From IMG/VR virus record IMGVR_UViG_3300011008_000003: a DNA stretch of 64,000 nt; one strand, written 5' to 3'. Both the position numbers and the translations under genes were made by a program. The stretch comes from a virus (lineage: Duplodnaviria; Heunggongvirae; Uroviricota; Caudoviricetes). Below, one piece after another: positions 8,715 to 18,719 of the stretch. The first letter of the stretch is position 1, and each line of letters opens with the position of its first letter. The notes beneath the pieces are model-generated. The model ran no database searches. It was not told where the DNA came from and saw only the letters and a program-made list of their open reading frames with translations.

Positions 8715-9482
8715 ATGAGATTGAATGAATTCCTAGAACAGTGTATTCCTGCCTATAAACTCAGAGACGTATTATATAATAACGATGAGTTCTTAATCAA
8801 TTATTTATCGGAACCGGAACATAGTTACGGTGTTGCAAGCTTTTATATTGACCGTGATTCACTTCTGGAAGAATTAGAAAATCATGGAATGAAGATGACA
8901 GGCTTCGATAAGATGATTCAAAAGTATGGCTGGTATATATCGTTCATTCGCGGAAATAAAGTTAGCCTTTTGAAACTTAATGGATATGATGAAGGATTCT
9001 ATGATGTTGCTGGTGCACATTTTAGCAATCTATATCTGCACATTTCTAATGCAGGACCATCTAAAATTAAATCCAATGGATTAATTGCTAAAGATTCATT
9101 AGACCCTGAAATTGATATTTCCGGGACAATGAAACGTGGAATTCTATATCCGAATAAGCGTGTATACTTATGGAAGCTTGAAGATATTTCCGGAAATCTT
9201 ACGAAATCTGCTAAAAATTTCGAGGATAGAGTTATTGCAACATTTAGGTCATTATTACGAGGTCTTAATGCTTCTGGTTACGGTATGTATGTTTATTTAG
9301 TAAGATTGCCGGAAGGTCTTAAAACACATTATGACCAAGAATATGGTCCAGAAAATCCAGCACGTTATGTTACACAGAATGTTCCACCTAGCTACATTAA
9401 ATATATCGGAACTGTAACACGACTTGAAGAAATTGTATTGGCTAAAGATTACAGAAGATTAGAGCAAATTCTCGGAATTTAG
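8715..9482 (+). CDS. Putative ADP-ribosyltransferase/Tpt1-like fold protein
   Basis: C-terminal half has LYLHIS..KIKSNGL, RVYLW, VYLVRLP and YVTQNVPPSYI, the spacing typical of H-type ART/Tpt1-like domains. Confidence 0.5.
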   Translation: MRLNEFLEQCIPAYKLRDVLYNNDEFLINYLSEPEHSYGVASFYIDRDSLLEELENHGMKMTGFDKMIQKYGWYISFIRGNKVSLLKLNGYDEGFYDVAGAHFSNLYLHISNAGPSKIKSNGLIAKDSLDPEIDISGTMKRGILYPNKRVYLWKLEDISGNLTKSAKNFEDRVIATFRSLLRGLNASGYGMYVYLVRLPEGLKTHYDQEYGPENPARYVTQNVPPSYIKYIGTVTRLEEIVLAKDYRRLEQILGI

Positions 9483-9489
9483 TAAAAAC

Positions 9490-9497
9490 TATAAATA
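9490..9497 (+). promoter_or_regulatory. T4-type late promoter TATAAATA
   Basis: Exact consensus, 4 nt before ATG 9502. Confidence 0.8.
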
Positions 9498-9501
9498 ATC
9501 T

Positions 9502-10575
9502 ATGGCATTCGATAACGAAATTATAGAAGAAAATTTACTTCCAGGTAGAGATCCGGTCGGATTCCCTCCGCATCCTGTTCCTCCGCCACCGCCTCCTCCT
9601 TCTGATAGAGGCCGTTTGAAACCTATTCCTCCTGGTCCGAAGCCGCCTGTGCCTCATGGACCTGGACCTGAACCGTTTCCACCTGGTCCTATTCCTCCGG
9701 GACCTGGGCCAAGACCTCCTATGCCTCCTGGTCCTAGCCCATTCCCGCCTGGTCCTCCGAGACCTCGTCCTGTAGAACCTCCTCCTCCGTCACCGAACTG
9801 TGACCCTGTTAGGATGTCTACAGAAATTCAGAATATGGCTCAGATGAGAAACTACATCAAGATGATGCTTGGTTCTCCGGTTATCTGTATCGAAATTAGC
9901 GATGAACAGCTGAATTATATCATCGGTGACGCAGTTCGTTATGTCCAGCGTTATTATTACGGTATGGGTAACTATCGTGACTATCTGGTTATGGAACTTG
10001 TTCCTGGACAGACACATTATAAGATTTGTCAAGAACTAGAAAGTGTTGTAGATTTCCAGACTGCATCATGGATTGGCGATATTAACGAATTGTTCACTTT
10101 GCCGCATAATGCCCTTTATGATTCCGTTATGAGTATGAACAGTTCGACAATCTATCGTGGTGCTTGTTACGGTAACAGTTCTGGTTTCGGTGATGTTCTT
10201 GGTTCCTGGAACGCTGCTTTGATGTGGCTTGAACAGGCTAAAATCGATTTCGGTGAGTCTTATCAGGTACGTTATAACGAAAAAGAAAAGGAATTGTCGA
10301 TATGGCCTTCTCCTCGACACCCAGTTAGAGGAATTATGGAAGTCTATAAGCGCCAACGTTCTGTAAAAATCTTTAACGACATCATGTTTAGAAAGCTCGT
10401 CGTGGCTATGGCTGGTATGAGATGGTGTAATTTCCTTAGAAAGTATTCAATTACGATTGCCGGTGGCGGTCAGTTGAATGCAGATAGCCTCTATTCTAGC
10501 TATAAAGAAGAATATGATGCATGTATTGAACAGATTCGTCTTGAAAGCACCCAGGGTGAATTCTGGATGTCCTAA
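9502..10575 (+). CDS. 13: Neck protein (T4 gp13-like) with ~100-aa Pro-rich N-terminal extension
   Basis: RNYIKMMLGSPVICIEISDEQLNYIIGDAVRYVQRYYYG and C-terminal WCNFLRKYSITIAGGGQLNADSLY match gp13. Confidence 0.85.
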   Translation: MAFDNEIIEENLLPGRDPVGFPPHPVPPPPPPPSDRGRLKPIPPGPKPPVPHGPGPEPFPPGPIPPGPGPRPPMPPGPSPFPPGPPRPRPVEPPPPSPNCDPVRMSTEIQNMAQMRNYIKMMLGSPVICIEISDEQLNYIIGDAVRYVQRYYYGMGNYRDYLVMELVPGQTHYKICQELESVVDFQTASWIGDINELFTLPHNALYDSVMSMNSSTIYRGACYGNSSGFGDVLGSWNAALMWLEQAKIDFGESYQVRYNEKEKELSIWPSPRHPVRGIMEVYKRQRSVKIFNDIMFRKLVVAMAGMRWCNFLRKYSITIAGGGQLNADSLYSSYKEEYDACIEQIRLESTQGEFWMS

Positions 10576-10593
10576 AATCCAAACGTGGATAGA

Positions 10594-10621
10594 TAAATGC
10601 AGGTCTTTTGACCTGCATTTA
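10594..10621 (+). terminator. Intrinsic terminator
   Basis: AAATGCAGGTC-TTTT-GACCTGCATTT hairpin after gp13. Confidence 0.75.
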
Positions 10622-10684
10622 TTTTACAATTTTTTCAATTTTTTCCTCATATATAAAGCATAAATCCTACAGGGAGGAAAAATT

Positions 10685-10840
10685 ATGGATTACGAAGAAG
10701 CATATAATCGCCTACTCGAAAATGATATAGCTACTGCAGATGAAATCGAACTTGTTACTGAAATTAACGGGAAGACACTGGGTACGCTGGTCGATATTTT
10801 AGAGGTCAGGACAGGCTCAAAAGACTTTAATGACATCTAA
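10685..10840 (+). CDS. Small hypothetical protein (51 aa)
   Basis: Manual translation MDYEEAYNRLLENDIATADEIELVTEINGK...; GGAGG RBS upstream; below the ORF-track cutoff. Confidence 0.6.
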   Translation: MDYEEAYNRLLENDIATADEIELVTEINGKTLGTLVDILEVRTGSKDFNDI

Positions 10841-10911
10841 ATTATAAATAATAAAGGTTTTAGCAATGCAAAGGCTAAAAACCTTTGCATTTTTATTTAG
10901 GAGAATTTTAA

Positions 10912-11556
10912 ATGGCAGTAATACCTTTAGACTTGAAAGCCGGTTTTTGCATTGCTTTAGCAAAAAACGCTGAAAATAATACATTAACAATTAATTCTGA
11001 AGATACTCTTACAGTTGGTAAACTGTCACTTGACAGTTCTACTGGTGAGATTGTAACTGCGCCGAAGCAAGCTTTTGACGTAATTATCGTATCACATGAT
11101 GGTTCTAGTTCTAGTTCAAAAACAAGTTATTATGTAAAGTTTAGCAAATCTACTACTGGTGGTCAATATAGTTCGACTACAACCTCTTATATGAAAATCA
11201 GTGGTACTTGTAAATATAACGGCTTAAAATGTATTAAAGTTGATTCGAGTACAGATGACCCAACCTGGTCTGTGGAAGGCGGCATTGATGCTACGCTTCA
11301 ATACGGTGTATATGCAGTTATGGGCGGTTCAAGTGGGGGTACTACAGTAACTCCAAATAATCCAAATGTTCCAATGGTTATCTATATAAATGGTTCCGTC
11401 GGTTCTGGTGCATCAATTAGTTATTATGTAAAAACAAGTTATGCACTTCAAGACGGAGAATTGCTTGGCTGTACTTTTGAAAAAATCGCCGGTGGTTCTC
11501 AGTATAGTAAATTGTCATATAACGGCACTGCTGATCAATGGACATTAATTAACTAA
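10912..11556 (+). CDS. Hypothetical Ser/Thr/Gly-rich late protein
   Basis: ORF with GGAG RBS and TATAAATA at 10843-10850. Confidence 0.75.
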   Translation: MAVIPLDLKAGFCIALAKNAENNTLTINSEDTLTVGKLSLDSSTGEIVTAPKQAFDVIIVSHDGSSSSSKTSYYVKFSKSTTGGQYSSTTTSYMKISGTCKYNGLKCIKVDSSTDDPTWSVEGGIDATLQYGVYAVMGGSSGGTTVTPNNPNVPMVIYINGSVGSGASISYYVKTSYALQDGELLGCTFEKIAGGSQYSKLSYNGTADQWTLIN

Positions 11557-11559
11557 ATT

Positions 11560-11587
11560 AAAAATCCTGCAAAAATGCAGGATTTTT
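11560..11587. terminator. Bidirectional intrinsic terminator
   Basis: AAAATCCTGCA-AAAA-TGCAGGATTTT between convergent genes. Confidence 0.75.
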
Positions 11588-11589
11588 TA

Positions 11590-12291
11590 TTATTTCTTAG
11601 GCTTTTCATACGGATATATGAGCTTGTGCCATAAGTCGTAATGGAAAGTCATTTTACATGTAAGCTTAGATTCACTAGTATAATCCAAATCTTCATTAAA
11701 ACCAAATTCTGTAATTATACAGTTATTATATTCAAAAATCGTACTTAATCCTGGAGATTCATCTTCAGCAGCAACAGTTTTATTTTTAAGGCGAACGTGA
11801 ATCTTATGGAATTTTAAAGCTTCGAGGTCACCGTCACTCCTGTCATGTACATTTTCAAGTTCTGGATGATACATGATATAGTTTCTAGCCATCGTACTAC
11901 TGTTACGAGTTTCGTCTGCCTTTTTAGCTTGTTCAGAAGCATTTTTATGCTTAGCAGATTCATTACGATTAAGTGCATTTACCTGAGTGAGTAAATAAAG
12001 CATATCGTTATCTTCAACATTACTTCTGACATCAAAATTCATTGTACAGTCACCGCCGTAAGTTCTAATTACCGGGAATGATTTTTCTGAGCCGAACCAT
12101 TTCTTTGTAACGATTTCGGTATGATAACTTGGTAAAGTAACAGTAGTAGGAACAAGATACTTTTCTACAATTTCCTGCAATGTTGTGGCTGCACAGTTAT
12201 CAGAATCATTGAAGAAATTAACTTCAAAGAGCCATGCACCTTGTGGGTCAGAAAGGTTGAATATATTTGTGTTTGTAAATATTGATTTCAT
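11590..12291 (-). CDS. Tail tube-like protein (gp19/gp54 family paralog)
   Basis: WLFEVNF...TVTLPSYHTE..KWFGSEKSFPVIRTYGGDCTMNF...YNNCIITEFG..LDY....CKMTFHYD, the tube-fold pattern. Confidence 0.7.
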   Translation of the reverse strand: MKSIFTNTNIFNLSDPQGAWLFEVNFFNDSDNCAATTLQEIVEKYLVPTTVTLPSYHTEIVTKKWFGSEKSFPVIRTYGGDCTMNFDVRSNVEDNDMLYLLTQVNALNRNESAKHKNASEQAKKADETRNSSTMARNYIMYHPELENVHDRSDGDLEALKFHKIHVRLKNKTVAAEDESPGLSTIFEYNNCIITEFGFNEDLDYTSESKLTCKMTFHYDLWHKLIYPYEKPKK

Positions 12292-12294
12292 AGA

Positions 12295-12948
12295 TTAACC
12301 TTTCTTTTTCCTATTAAAGAGCATGTAATTATAGAAGAATGTAACATCACGATTAATTGCTTCGGTACTTTCATAACTGAATTCAATGTCACTTAGACTT
12401 GCAATTTTACAACCATAGAATTCCATTTCTGCAACCGGTGAACGTGGACTTCCTTCAGGATCCCATTTACTATCATCTGGTAAGAGGTTAGGATCAAATA
12501 TTTGTATTTTTATAATCCTAGAATTAAAGTTCGTATATTGTTGTTCTTCTGTAATATTATCGTTATACTTTACATTATTTCCGTTGCCTTCAGTATTGGA
12601 ACTGAACGGATAATTCTGGTTCATATTTTCGAAATTATAAAGTTTTTCAAATATATTAGTTACATCAAAATACTTATTTTCGCTAAATCTTATTGTAAAA
12701 GAATCAGATGTTTTAGCACGAGTAAAGACTTTGCTTTCGACACCGCCATAATAAATCGGAGCAAATTCACTCTCACGTTTTCCTAGACTTACACTTATAA
12801 TGGCTTCGCTGAGTAAATCTGCGTCTTGTTCTTTCAGAAGGTCTTCATTAGATGAAAGAGACTTAATATAATTTGTCATATCAAGCCTATAGACCCATGA
12901 AAGAGCTGGTTGGGCTGTATAGAATGTATTATTCCAAATAGATTTCAT
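12295..12948 (-). CDS. Tail tube-like protein (gp19/gp54 family paralog)
   Basis: WVYRL...SVSLGKRE...YYGG.....DSFTIRFSE...FYGCKIASLSDIEFSYES....DVTFFYNY. Confidence 0.7.
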   Translation of the reverse strand: MKSIWNNTFYTAQPALSWVYRLDMTNYIKSLSSNEDLLKEQDADLLSEAIISVSLGKRESEFAPIYYGGVESKVFTRAKTSDSFTIRFSENKYFDVTNIFEKLYNFENMNQNYPFSSNTEGNGNNVKYNDNITEEQQYTNFNSRIIKIQIFDPNLLPDDSKWDPEGSPRSPVAEMEFYGCKIASLSDIEFSYESTEAINRDVTFFYNYMLFNRKKKG

Positions 12949-12951
12949 AAA

Positions 12952-12965
12952 TTATTTATAAATAA
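12952..12965. promoter_or_regulatory. Palindromic bidirectional late promoter TTATTTATAAATAA
   Basis: Perfect 14-bp palindrome carrying TATAAATA on both strands, each 4 nt from a divergent ATG (12948 and 12969). Confidence 0.8.
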
Positions 12966-12968
12966 TGT

Positions 12969-13460
12969 ATGGAAATCAATTATTACGGCGTAAATAATTT
13001 TGGCGGATATTCAGATATTGCTGACCACGGCAACAGTGCTGATAAATCCATAAAAATAGACAGTATGGTTTGTCCATGCTGTGGTAAACCTGTTCGTTTA
13101 GTCGATTCTAGTAAAAATGAATTCGACGGAGACGACCTTTATACCATAAAAGAATCTAGGTCTATAAACGAGAATAAGCTTGCAGACTATCTGTTGGAAA
13201 TCATAGAAACAGAAGCACGAAATATTTACGAAGATGAGCTTGAATCCAATGAACCAGAAGTTGATGATGCTGGAAATATTGTAAATGATTACGGCGAGCG
13301 ATTCATTTATGTCAATAAAGAATTAAAGAAAATTATCAAGATGAAGGCAAATATGATTTCTAATATTGTCAAGCATCAGGGTATAGAAGTATCACCGTTT
13401 TATATTGAAAATGAACTTTTCCAAACATTGAAAGCCTATGGCTATATGGGAAAAACGTAG
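12969..13460 (+). CDS. Hypothetical protein with CPCC zinc-ribbon-like motif
   Basis: ORF after late promoter; MVCPCCGKPV. Confidence 0.75.
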   Translation: MEINYYGVNNFGGYSDIADHGNSADKSIKIDSMVCPCCGKPVRLVDSSKNEFDGDDLYTIKESRSINENKLADYLLEIIETEARNIYEDELESNEPEVDDAGNIVNDYGERFIYVNKELKKIIKMKANMISNIVKHQGIEVSPFYIENELFQTLKAYGYMGKT

Positions 13461-13501
13461 AATAATTATAAATATATAAGATAATAAAAAGGAATTTACC
13501 C

Positions 13502-14122
13502 ATGAAACGTAATTATAATACATTTGATGCTGCTAGCTGGTTGCTCGAAAACGAAGAGGATGAGGAGACCTTAGATACTGCGGTACCAGAAACCGAAACT
13601 GAAGATTCTGATGAAGATACGGAATCTACTGAAACTGAAGAAACTACCACGGAAGAACCTGAAGAGGAAGAAGATACCGATGGTGAAGTCGATAATTCTT
13701 TAGTTGACGCTGGCGAACTTGCCGACGATACGAGCATTGAAGGCCGTCTCGATACTATCGAAACTAAGCTTGATGATTTGCTCGGTCAAAAGCAGGCAGA
13801 TCCGGCTGCTGAAGACGAATACTATGACCTTGACCTCTCTAACCCGATTTGTCCTCATTGCGGTGCACGTCTGAACATTGTTGACGATAGCGTTGAAACC
13901 AACGATATTGACGACCAGATTATTGACGGCGATTTCGATACTGAAGATGAAACTGATGTCGAACCAGAAGATGGTGAAGATGGTGAAACATTCGGTGAAG
14001 AAATCAGTGTTATGGACGATAATCAGGACACGACACAGGATTTGAACGTTGGCGATGATGATTACGTGAATTTCGATGAAATCATGGCAAGCATTACCGA
14101 CGATGACGACGAAAACAAGTAA
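13502..14122 (+). CDS. Highly acidic protein with CPHC motif
   Basis: D/E-dominated ORF, AAGGA RBS, ICPHCGARL. Confidence 0.8.
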   Translation: MKRNYNTFDAASWLLENEEDEETLDTAVPETETEDSDEDTESTETEETTTEEPEEEEDTDGEVDNSLVDAGELADDTSIEGRLDTIETKLDDLLGQKQADPAAEDEYYDLDLSNPICPHCGARLNIVDDSVETNDIDDQIIDGDFDTEDETDVEPEDGEDGETFGEEISVMDDNQDTTQDLNVGDDDYVNFDEIMASITDDDDENK

Positions 14123-14142
14123 TTGATTTTCATAATAACCTC

Positions 14143-14168
14143 AGACCGGCAGAATTGCCGGTCTTTTT
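14143..14168 (+). terminator. Intrinsic terminator
   Basis: AGACCGGCA-GAAT-TGCCGGTCT followed by T tract. Confidence 0.75.
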
Positions 14169-14219
14169 ATTTAATCATTCGAAAATATTATAAATAATGT
14201 AAGTAAAAATAGGATAAAG

Positions 14220-17200
14220 ATGAGACTTAGCGATTTTTTATACGAAGCAAAAAAGCCTGAAATTGTAGAAATTGAAGTAGCGCCGAGCGTTGCTGTCAAA
14301 GAAGCTGAAGAAATCTACGATAGTGACGAAAAGCTTAAGAAGTTCTTGTCGCGTATTCATAGACCGAAACTTTCTGATGATAGAAGCGGTAGTTTTATTT
14401 ACCGTGTTGAAGAAAAAGACGGGGATAAGGTTAGAAAGGGCGAAACTATTATTCGATTCAACGAAGACAAGGGTAAGAAACCGTCTGAAGTTTTCGCAAA
14501 AATTATTAAGGCAATTAAGACGCCTAAGCCGACTACTTGGGAAAGTATTTTAAAGAAGGCTACTGAAACTCTTGGTGATGCTTCGCAACAAGGGTTCATT
14601 TTGGACTTCTTTATTCCGAAAGTCTCTAATCCTGCTATTAAGCCGAGATCTGAAAAATTACAGTATGTTGAAAATTTACCGGACCGTTATGAAACATTCG
14701 GTAAGGCTATGGTTTTCCGTGCTGGTAAGTGTGTAAGTAAATTGACCGATGTTAATACAAAGATTAACAAGGAAAATTTCCAGGACATCATGCAGAAGTG
14801 CTTCGGTGCAGCTACGGATTCACAAGGTGAAAACGATGCATTCTTGGCACAGTTTGTACGTCTTAAAGAAAAGATGCAGATTGATGCTGCGAAGTTTACG
14901 ATTTATGTTGTAGCTAAAAACGGTGATATTGAAGCTACAGAAGAATCTTTCTATGATTCGTTTACCGCTTTGCTTCCGATGCTTATGGAAGCAGATGATG
15001 ATGAAAACGTTAAGGATTTCATTGACCTTCCTAAAAAAGTTGCTGATTTTGTTAACGATGACATGAAGAAAGCTTTGATTCAGGCATCTAACGTTGCTAA
15101 GAAATATCCAAGGCAGTATAATATTTGTTATAAAAGATTGGAATCGTCTTTTGAAAAAGGCGTTAACGAACAACAAGAACTTGAAAGAAAGACAGACATT
15201 CAGGAATTAGAAGATCCGATTACTCATAAGAAAGTAAAGCGTCACGGTAAGGCTTGGGGTACTGGCGGTCCTAACGGATTTATCCGCGATAATGAAATGC
15301 TGGACCAGCTCTGTAAGGATATTAAAGGCCAGCCATGGACTATGTTCAACTGTGTTGGTAAAACAGTTCTTAAGATTTTCGACGCTATCGAAACTGGTGG
15401 TAAGATTTATCAGAAGCTTTGTGATGATATGGCTGAAGGCTATAAGAATATCATGCATTCTTTCGGTACTACTCGAGGCGATGATTTCGGTAAGCTCGCA
15501 GACCAGTATTCCAAGGACGGTAAGCAGAACAATGCTTTAGGCGCTGACATGGCTGGTGTTGTTTTCGGAATTACGAAAATCTATAAATTACTTGGCGAAG
15601 GTAAAATTGGTACTATTAACGGCAAGTTTAAAACTGTATCTACTATCAATAAGAATAATACTTCTTTAATTCAGGATTCTTTGAATGAACTTGCTGATTC
15701 TATCGCTCGATTCACTAAGAAGGAACCTGAATATAACAAGTGGAAAGAAGATAAAGATAAAGAAATTGAAACCAAGATAAAGAAGTTCGAAGAACAGATT
15801 AAGAAACTTGAAGCGGGTCGTGCTGCTGAAAATCCGAATGCTTCTGAATCTACTAAGTCTTATGTAAATATTCCTAATACACGCACTATCAAACAGCTTA
15901 TTACTGAAGAAGAAGAGAATAAGAAACAAGCTAGTGTCAAGGAAGAAATTGCAAATGCAAAAGAAGAACTTGAAAAACTGAAGAAGAAAAAGAATAGTCA
16001 GGTTCAAGTTAATCTTGAAAACTATTACATGTTGCTTGATGAATATTCTAATGCAGCTGGACATATTGGTGAAATTGCTGATATTCATTCGTTCCTTGTC
16101 AAGATGTTTGATGAAAACGAAGCCAAGGAACAGTATGCTAAGATGTATAACAAGAAAGATTCTAACGAAGGTAGTTCTGAAGAAGAGTCTGGTGAAGAAA
16201 TAACAGATTCTTTCAAGCTGAATATTAAGAATCCGTTTGTTAATGAAGAAGTTGAATTCGAAGAAGATGAAGATCCTGAAGGCGGTGAAGAAGGTTCTAC
16301 TGAAGAAAAGAAGAATGATAAAAAGGAAGAACCTGCAAGCACTCCTAAGGGTGAAGGTAAAGAAGGAAATCTTGACTGGATTGAAACCAAGGCTGGTCAT
16401 AACCTGGTAGAACTTTATCGTCAGTTCGGTGTTAATATCAATAATACAAAACTTGACATTTCTTCTCTGAAGCGTATGGCTAAGGAAAAGAACCAGAAAG
16501 ATATTATTAAGAACTTCTCTACTATCGTCAATTCTCTTAACGAATTCATCAACCATACAGAAATAAACCCGATTACTGACGGCGTTGTTGCGTTCGATTA
16601 TGCCTTTGGTGAAGATGCCGATGAAAATAAATTCAAGACTCTTGCTAATGCATTTAAACTTGAAGGATTCGGTGACGAAGAAGAGGCAAAGAAGAAAGAC
16701 GAAGAAGAAAAGAAAAAGCGTAACGAAAACGGTGTCTTTACTATCGAAGAACTTGAACAGGAAATGAACGAACTTGGTAAGCTTTTGGATTCTAGCAGTA
16801 AGGCTATGAAAACAACGAGCGAACTTAACGGATTCGTAAATACAGCAGAAAACGACCAGTGGGTTACTGAGTACGGTAATAAGATTAAAGAAGTTGAAGC
16901 TATCGAAAAAGAAATTTGGGAAAAGTGCTTCAGAATCTATAATGATAAAGATAAGAATACCAGAAAAGGTAATGAATGGTTGAAGCAGAAACAGTCTGAA
17001 GCTAATAGTCAGGTATTTTTGAATAAGCTTTGGATTACGCTTTCTACTGCAAAGTATATCGGCGAACAGACTAAGAAGAAAATTGAAGCTGCTAAGAAGA
17101 AGGAAGAACATTTCATTGTGATGAATAAGTTCATGCCGCCACTTCTTACAGAAAATGATGATGACAATGATCAGAAGACTGAGCAAGAAGTAGACGGAAC

Positions 17201-17774
17201 GAAAAAGCGTCATACTGTTGAAACAGCTATCAACACTTATAACGATAATCTTTCTAAGCTCGACTTTAATGAATTGGTTCCTAAGGACATCAAGGATGCA
17301 AAGTTTGACATTACAAAGGGTAAGGAATTTAATGCAATGGAAACGAAGATTGCTGAAGGCCGTCTCGGAACCAGGGCAGAAAATGATTCTAACCTTCCTA
17401 AGTCAGTCTTAAAGAATGTTATTGGAGATCCACAGAATAAGGACAATAAAATCTATAAGGCATTGGAATCGAGCTGTAAGCGTATGATGGATTACATTGT
17501 TTACGGTGCTAAGGCTAAGAACCTTAAGGGTGACGATAGAGATATTTATCTTCTAGCTGGTTGTATGATTGGCGTATGTAAGGCAATGCAAAAACTTAAG
17601 AATACACCGGAAGGTCAGGAAGATCACCGTAATCAGACTGCGGCGCATCCTCAACAGGGAGCGGAAGGTACAAAAGTAGAAGCTGGAACACCAAAAACTC
17701 AAAATGCATCCTATATCGATACCCGTTCTAAAAACAGTCTGATAAACGAAATATATAAATATATAAGAGGTTAA
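14220..17774 (+). CDS. Large (1184 aa) helical, charged late protein; candidate internal head/ejection protein
   Basis: Long ORF under TATAAATA; K/E rich; several L/I-x-E sites at domain-like junctions. Confidence 0.85.
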   Translation: MRLSDFLYEAKKPEIVEIEVAPSVAVKEAEEIYDSDEKLKKFLSRIHRPKLSDDRSGSFIYRVEEKDGDKVRKGETIIRFNEDKGKKPSEVFAKIIKAIKTPKPTTWESILKKATETLGDASQQGFILDFFIPKVSNPAIKPRSEKLQYVENLPDRYETFGKAMVFRAGKCVSKLTDVNTKINKENFQDIMQKCFGAATDSQGENDAFLAQFVRLKEKMQIDAAKFTIYVVAKNGDIEATEESFYDSFTALLPMLMEADDDENVKDFIDLPKKVADFVNDDMKKALIQASNVAKKYPRQYNICYKRLESSFEKGVNEQQELERKTDIQELEDPITHKKVKRHGKAWGTGGPNGFIRDNEMLDQLCKDIKGQPWTMFNCVGKTVLKIFDAIETGGKIYQKLCDDMAEGYKNIMHSFGTTRGDDFGKLADQYSKDGKQNNALGADMAGVVFGITKIYKLLGEGKIGTINGKFKTVSTINKNNTSLIQDSLNELADSIARFTKKEPEYNKWKEDKDKEIETKIKKFEEQIKKLEAGRAAENPNASESTKSYVNIPNTRTIKQLITEEEENKKQASVKEEIANAKEELEKLKKKKNSQVQVNLENYYMLLDEYSNAAGHIGEIADIHSFLVKMFDENEAKEQYAKMYNKKDSNEGSSEEESGEEITDSFKLNIKNPFVNEEVEFEEDEDPEGGEEGSTEEKKNDKKEEPASTPKGEGKEGNLDWIETKAGHNLVELYRQFGVNINNTKLDISSLKRMAKEKNQKDIIKNFSTIVNSLNEFINHTEINPITDGVVAFDYAFGEDADENKFKTLANAFKLEGFGDEEEAKKKDEEEKKKRNENGVFTIEELEQEMNELGKLLDSSSKAMKTTSELNGFVNTAENDQWVTEYGNKIKEVEAIEKEIWEKCFRIYNDKDKNTRKGNEWLKQKQSEANSQVFLNKLWITLSTAKYIGEQTKKKIEAAKKKEEHFIVMNKFMPPLLTENDDDNDQKTEQEVDGTKKRHTVETAINTYNDNLSKLDFNELVPKDIKDAKFDITKGKEFNAMETKIAEGRLGTRAENDSNLPKSVLKNVIGDPQNKDNKIYKALESSCKRMMDYIVYGAKAKNLKGDDRDIYLLAGCMIGVCKAMQKLKNTPEGQEDHRNQTAAHPQQGAEGTKVEAGTPKTQNASYIDTRSKNSLINEIYKYIRG

Positions 17775-17777
17775 CTA

Positions 17778-18257
17778 ATGATTCAAGAAGATTTTGAAAA
17801 ACTGGTCGAAAGCATAGCTAACACTGAAAAAGATTTTCAGATTGTTGTAGAAGATGTCGACCTTGATAATATGGATGCATCATCTGATGCTCCGGCTAAG
17901 GATATTCGTGCTGAAATTCGTGACGCGATTAAGCCGCAGGTCGATATTGTTGCTTCCCTTATTACTACTATTAAGGATGCTTTCGACGACAATCTTGACC
18001 AGACTAAGCGAATGAATGACGCAATCGACCAGAATCAGTCCTGGGAACAGACGATTCGTGGTGCATGCGAACAGGTTATTAAAACCGTTGAAGCCAAGGA
18101 TGGAAATATTGACCGGCCGGAATCTATTACACAGGATAGTGCTAAATGTTCTCCGAAAGCTTTCAATAAGTTTATCAAGAACTATACTTCCCGTGACTAT
18201 GGAGTTCTCCAGTTGGCACAGGCTATAATGGTTTTCTACAATTCCCTTGCAGGTTAA
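17778..18257 (+). CDS. Hypothetical protein (159 aa)
   Basis: GAGG RBS; cotranscribed with the preceding ORF. Confidence 0.75.
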   Translation: MIQEDFEKLVESIANTEKDFQIVVEDVDLDNMDASSDAPAKDIRAEIRDAIKPQVDIVASLITTIKDAFDDNLDQTKRMNDAIDQNQSWEQTIRGACEQVIKTVEAKDGNIDRPESITQDSAKCSPKAFNKFIKNYTSRDYGVLQLAQAIMVFYNSLAG

Positions 18258-18277
18258 TTCCACTATATACGAAAAAT

Positions 18278-18301
18278 AAAAGAGCGGTAATCCGCTCTTT
18301 T
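18278..18301. terminator. Bidirectional intrinsic terminator
   Basis: AAAAGAGCGG-TAAT-CCGCTCTTTT between convergent genes. Confidence 0.75.
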
Positions 18302-18302
18302 A

Positions 18303-18719
18303 TTATTTTTTGCTATTCACAAAAATTATGTAATCATGCCATTTCTTAAGAAGTTTTTCTCGAAGCTCGTTATTCAATAATTTATTATATCGTTTAGCTT
18401 CTTTATTTCCGATATTATATTCTTTCTTTATGGCAATCATCAAATCAGGATTTTCTTTTTCAACTTTATAAGCAGTATAGTTAAAATAATGCTTAGTCTT
18501 CTTAACCCAAGTATAAAGAATTGTATAATGTTGCTTATCTGTCAGTTTCTGGATAGAAAGCTCATTGGCAAGCGGAATAAGATATTCATAAGAACTAATA
18601 AAACGGTTAATCATGAACTGTGAATAACCTTTTCTACATTCTTCCGGAAGTTCTTCCCATTTATACTGTTTGGTACAAATAAAATTCAATGTATCAAATA
18701 ACGGATTAGACTTAGCCAT
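18303..18719 (-). CDS. 62: Clamp loader small subunit (T4 gp62-like)
   Basis: LFDTLNFI...YSQFMINRFIS.....ANELS...LTDKQHYTILYTWVKKTKHY matches gp62. Confidence 0.8.
   Translation of the reverse strand: MAKSNPLFDTLNFICTKQYKWEELPEECRKGYSQFMINRFISSYEYLIPLANELSIQKLTDKQHYTILYTWVKKTKHYFNYTAYKVEKENPDLMIAIKKEYNIGNKEAKRYNKLLNNELREKLLKKWHDYIIFVNSKK

Noticed and set aside
15666-17213. 515-aa antisense ORF (F/L-rich) and similar shadows at 6507-7580, 50666-51661 and 62390-63118
   Set aside because: Mirror translations of K/E-rich sense genes; the composition is the expected artefact.
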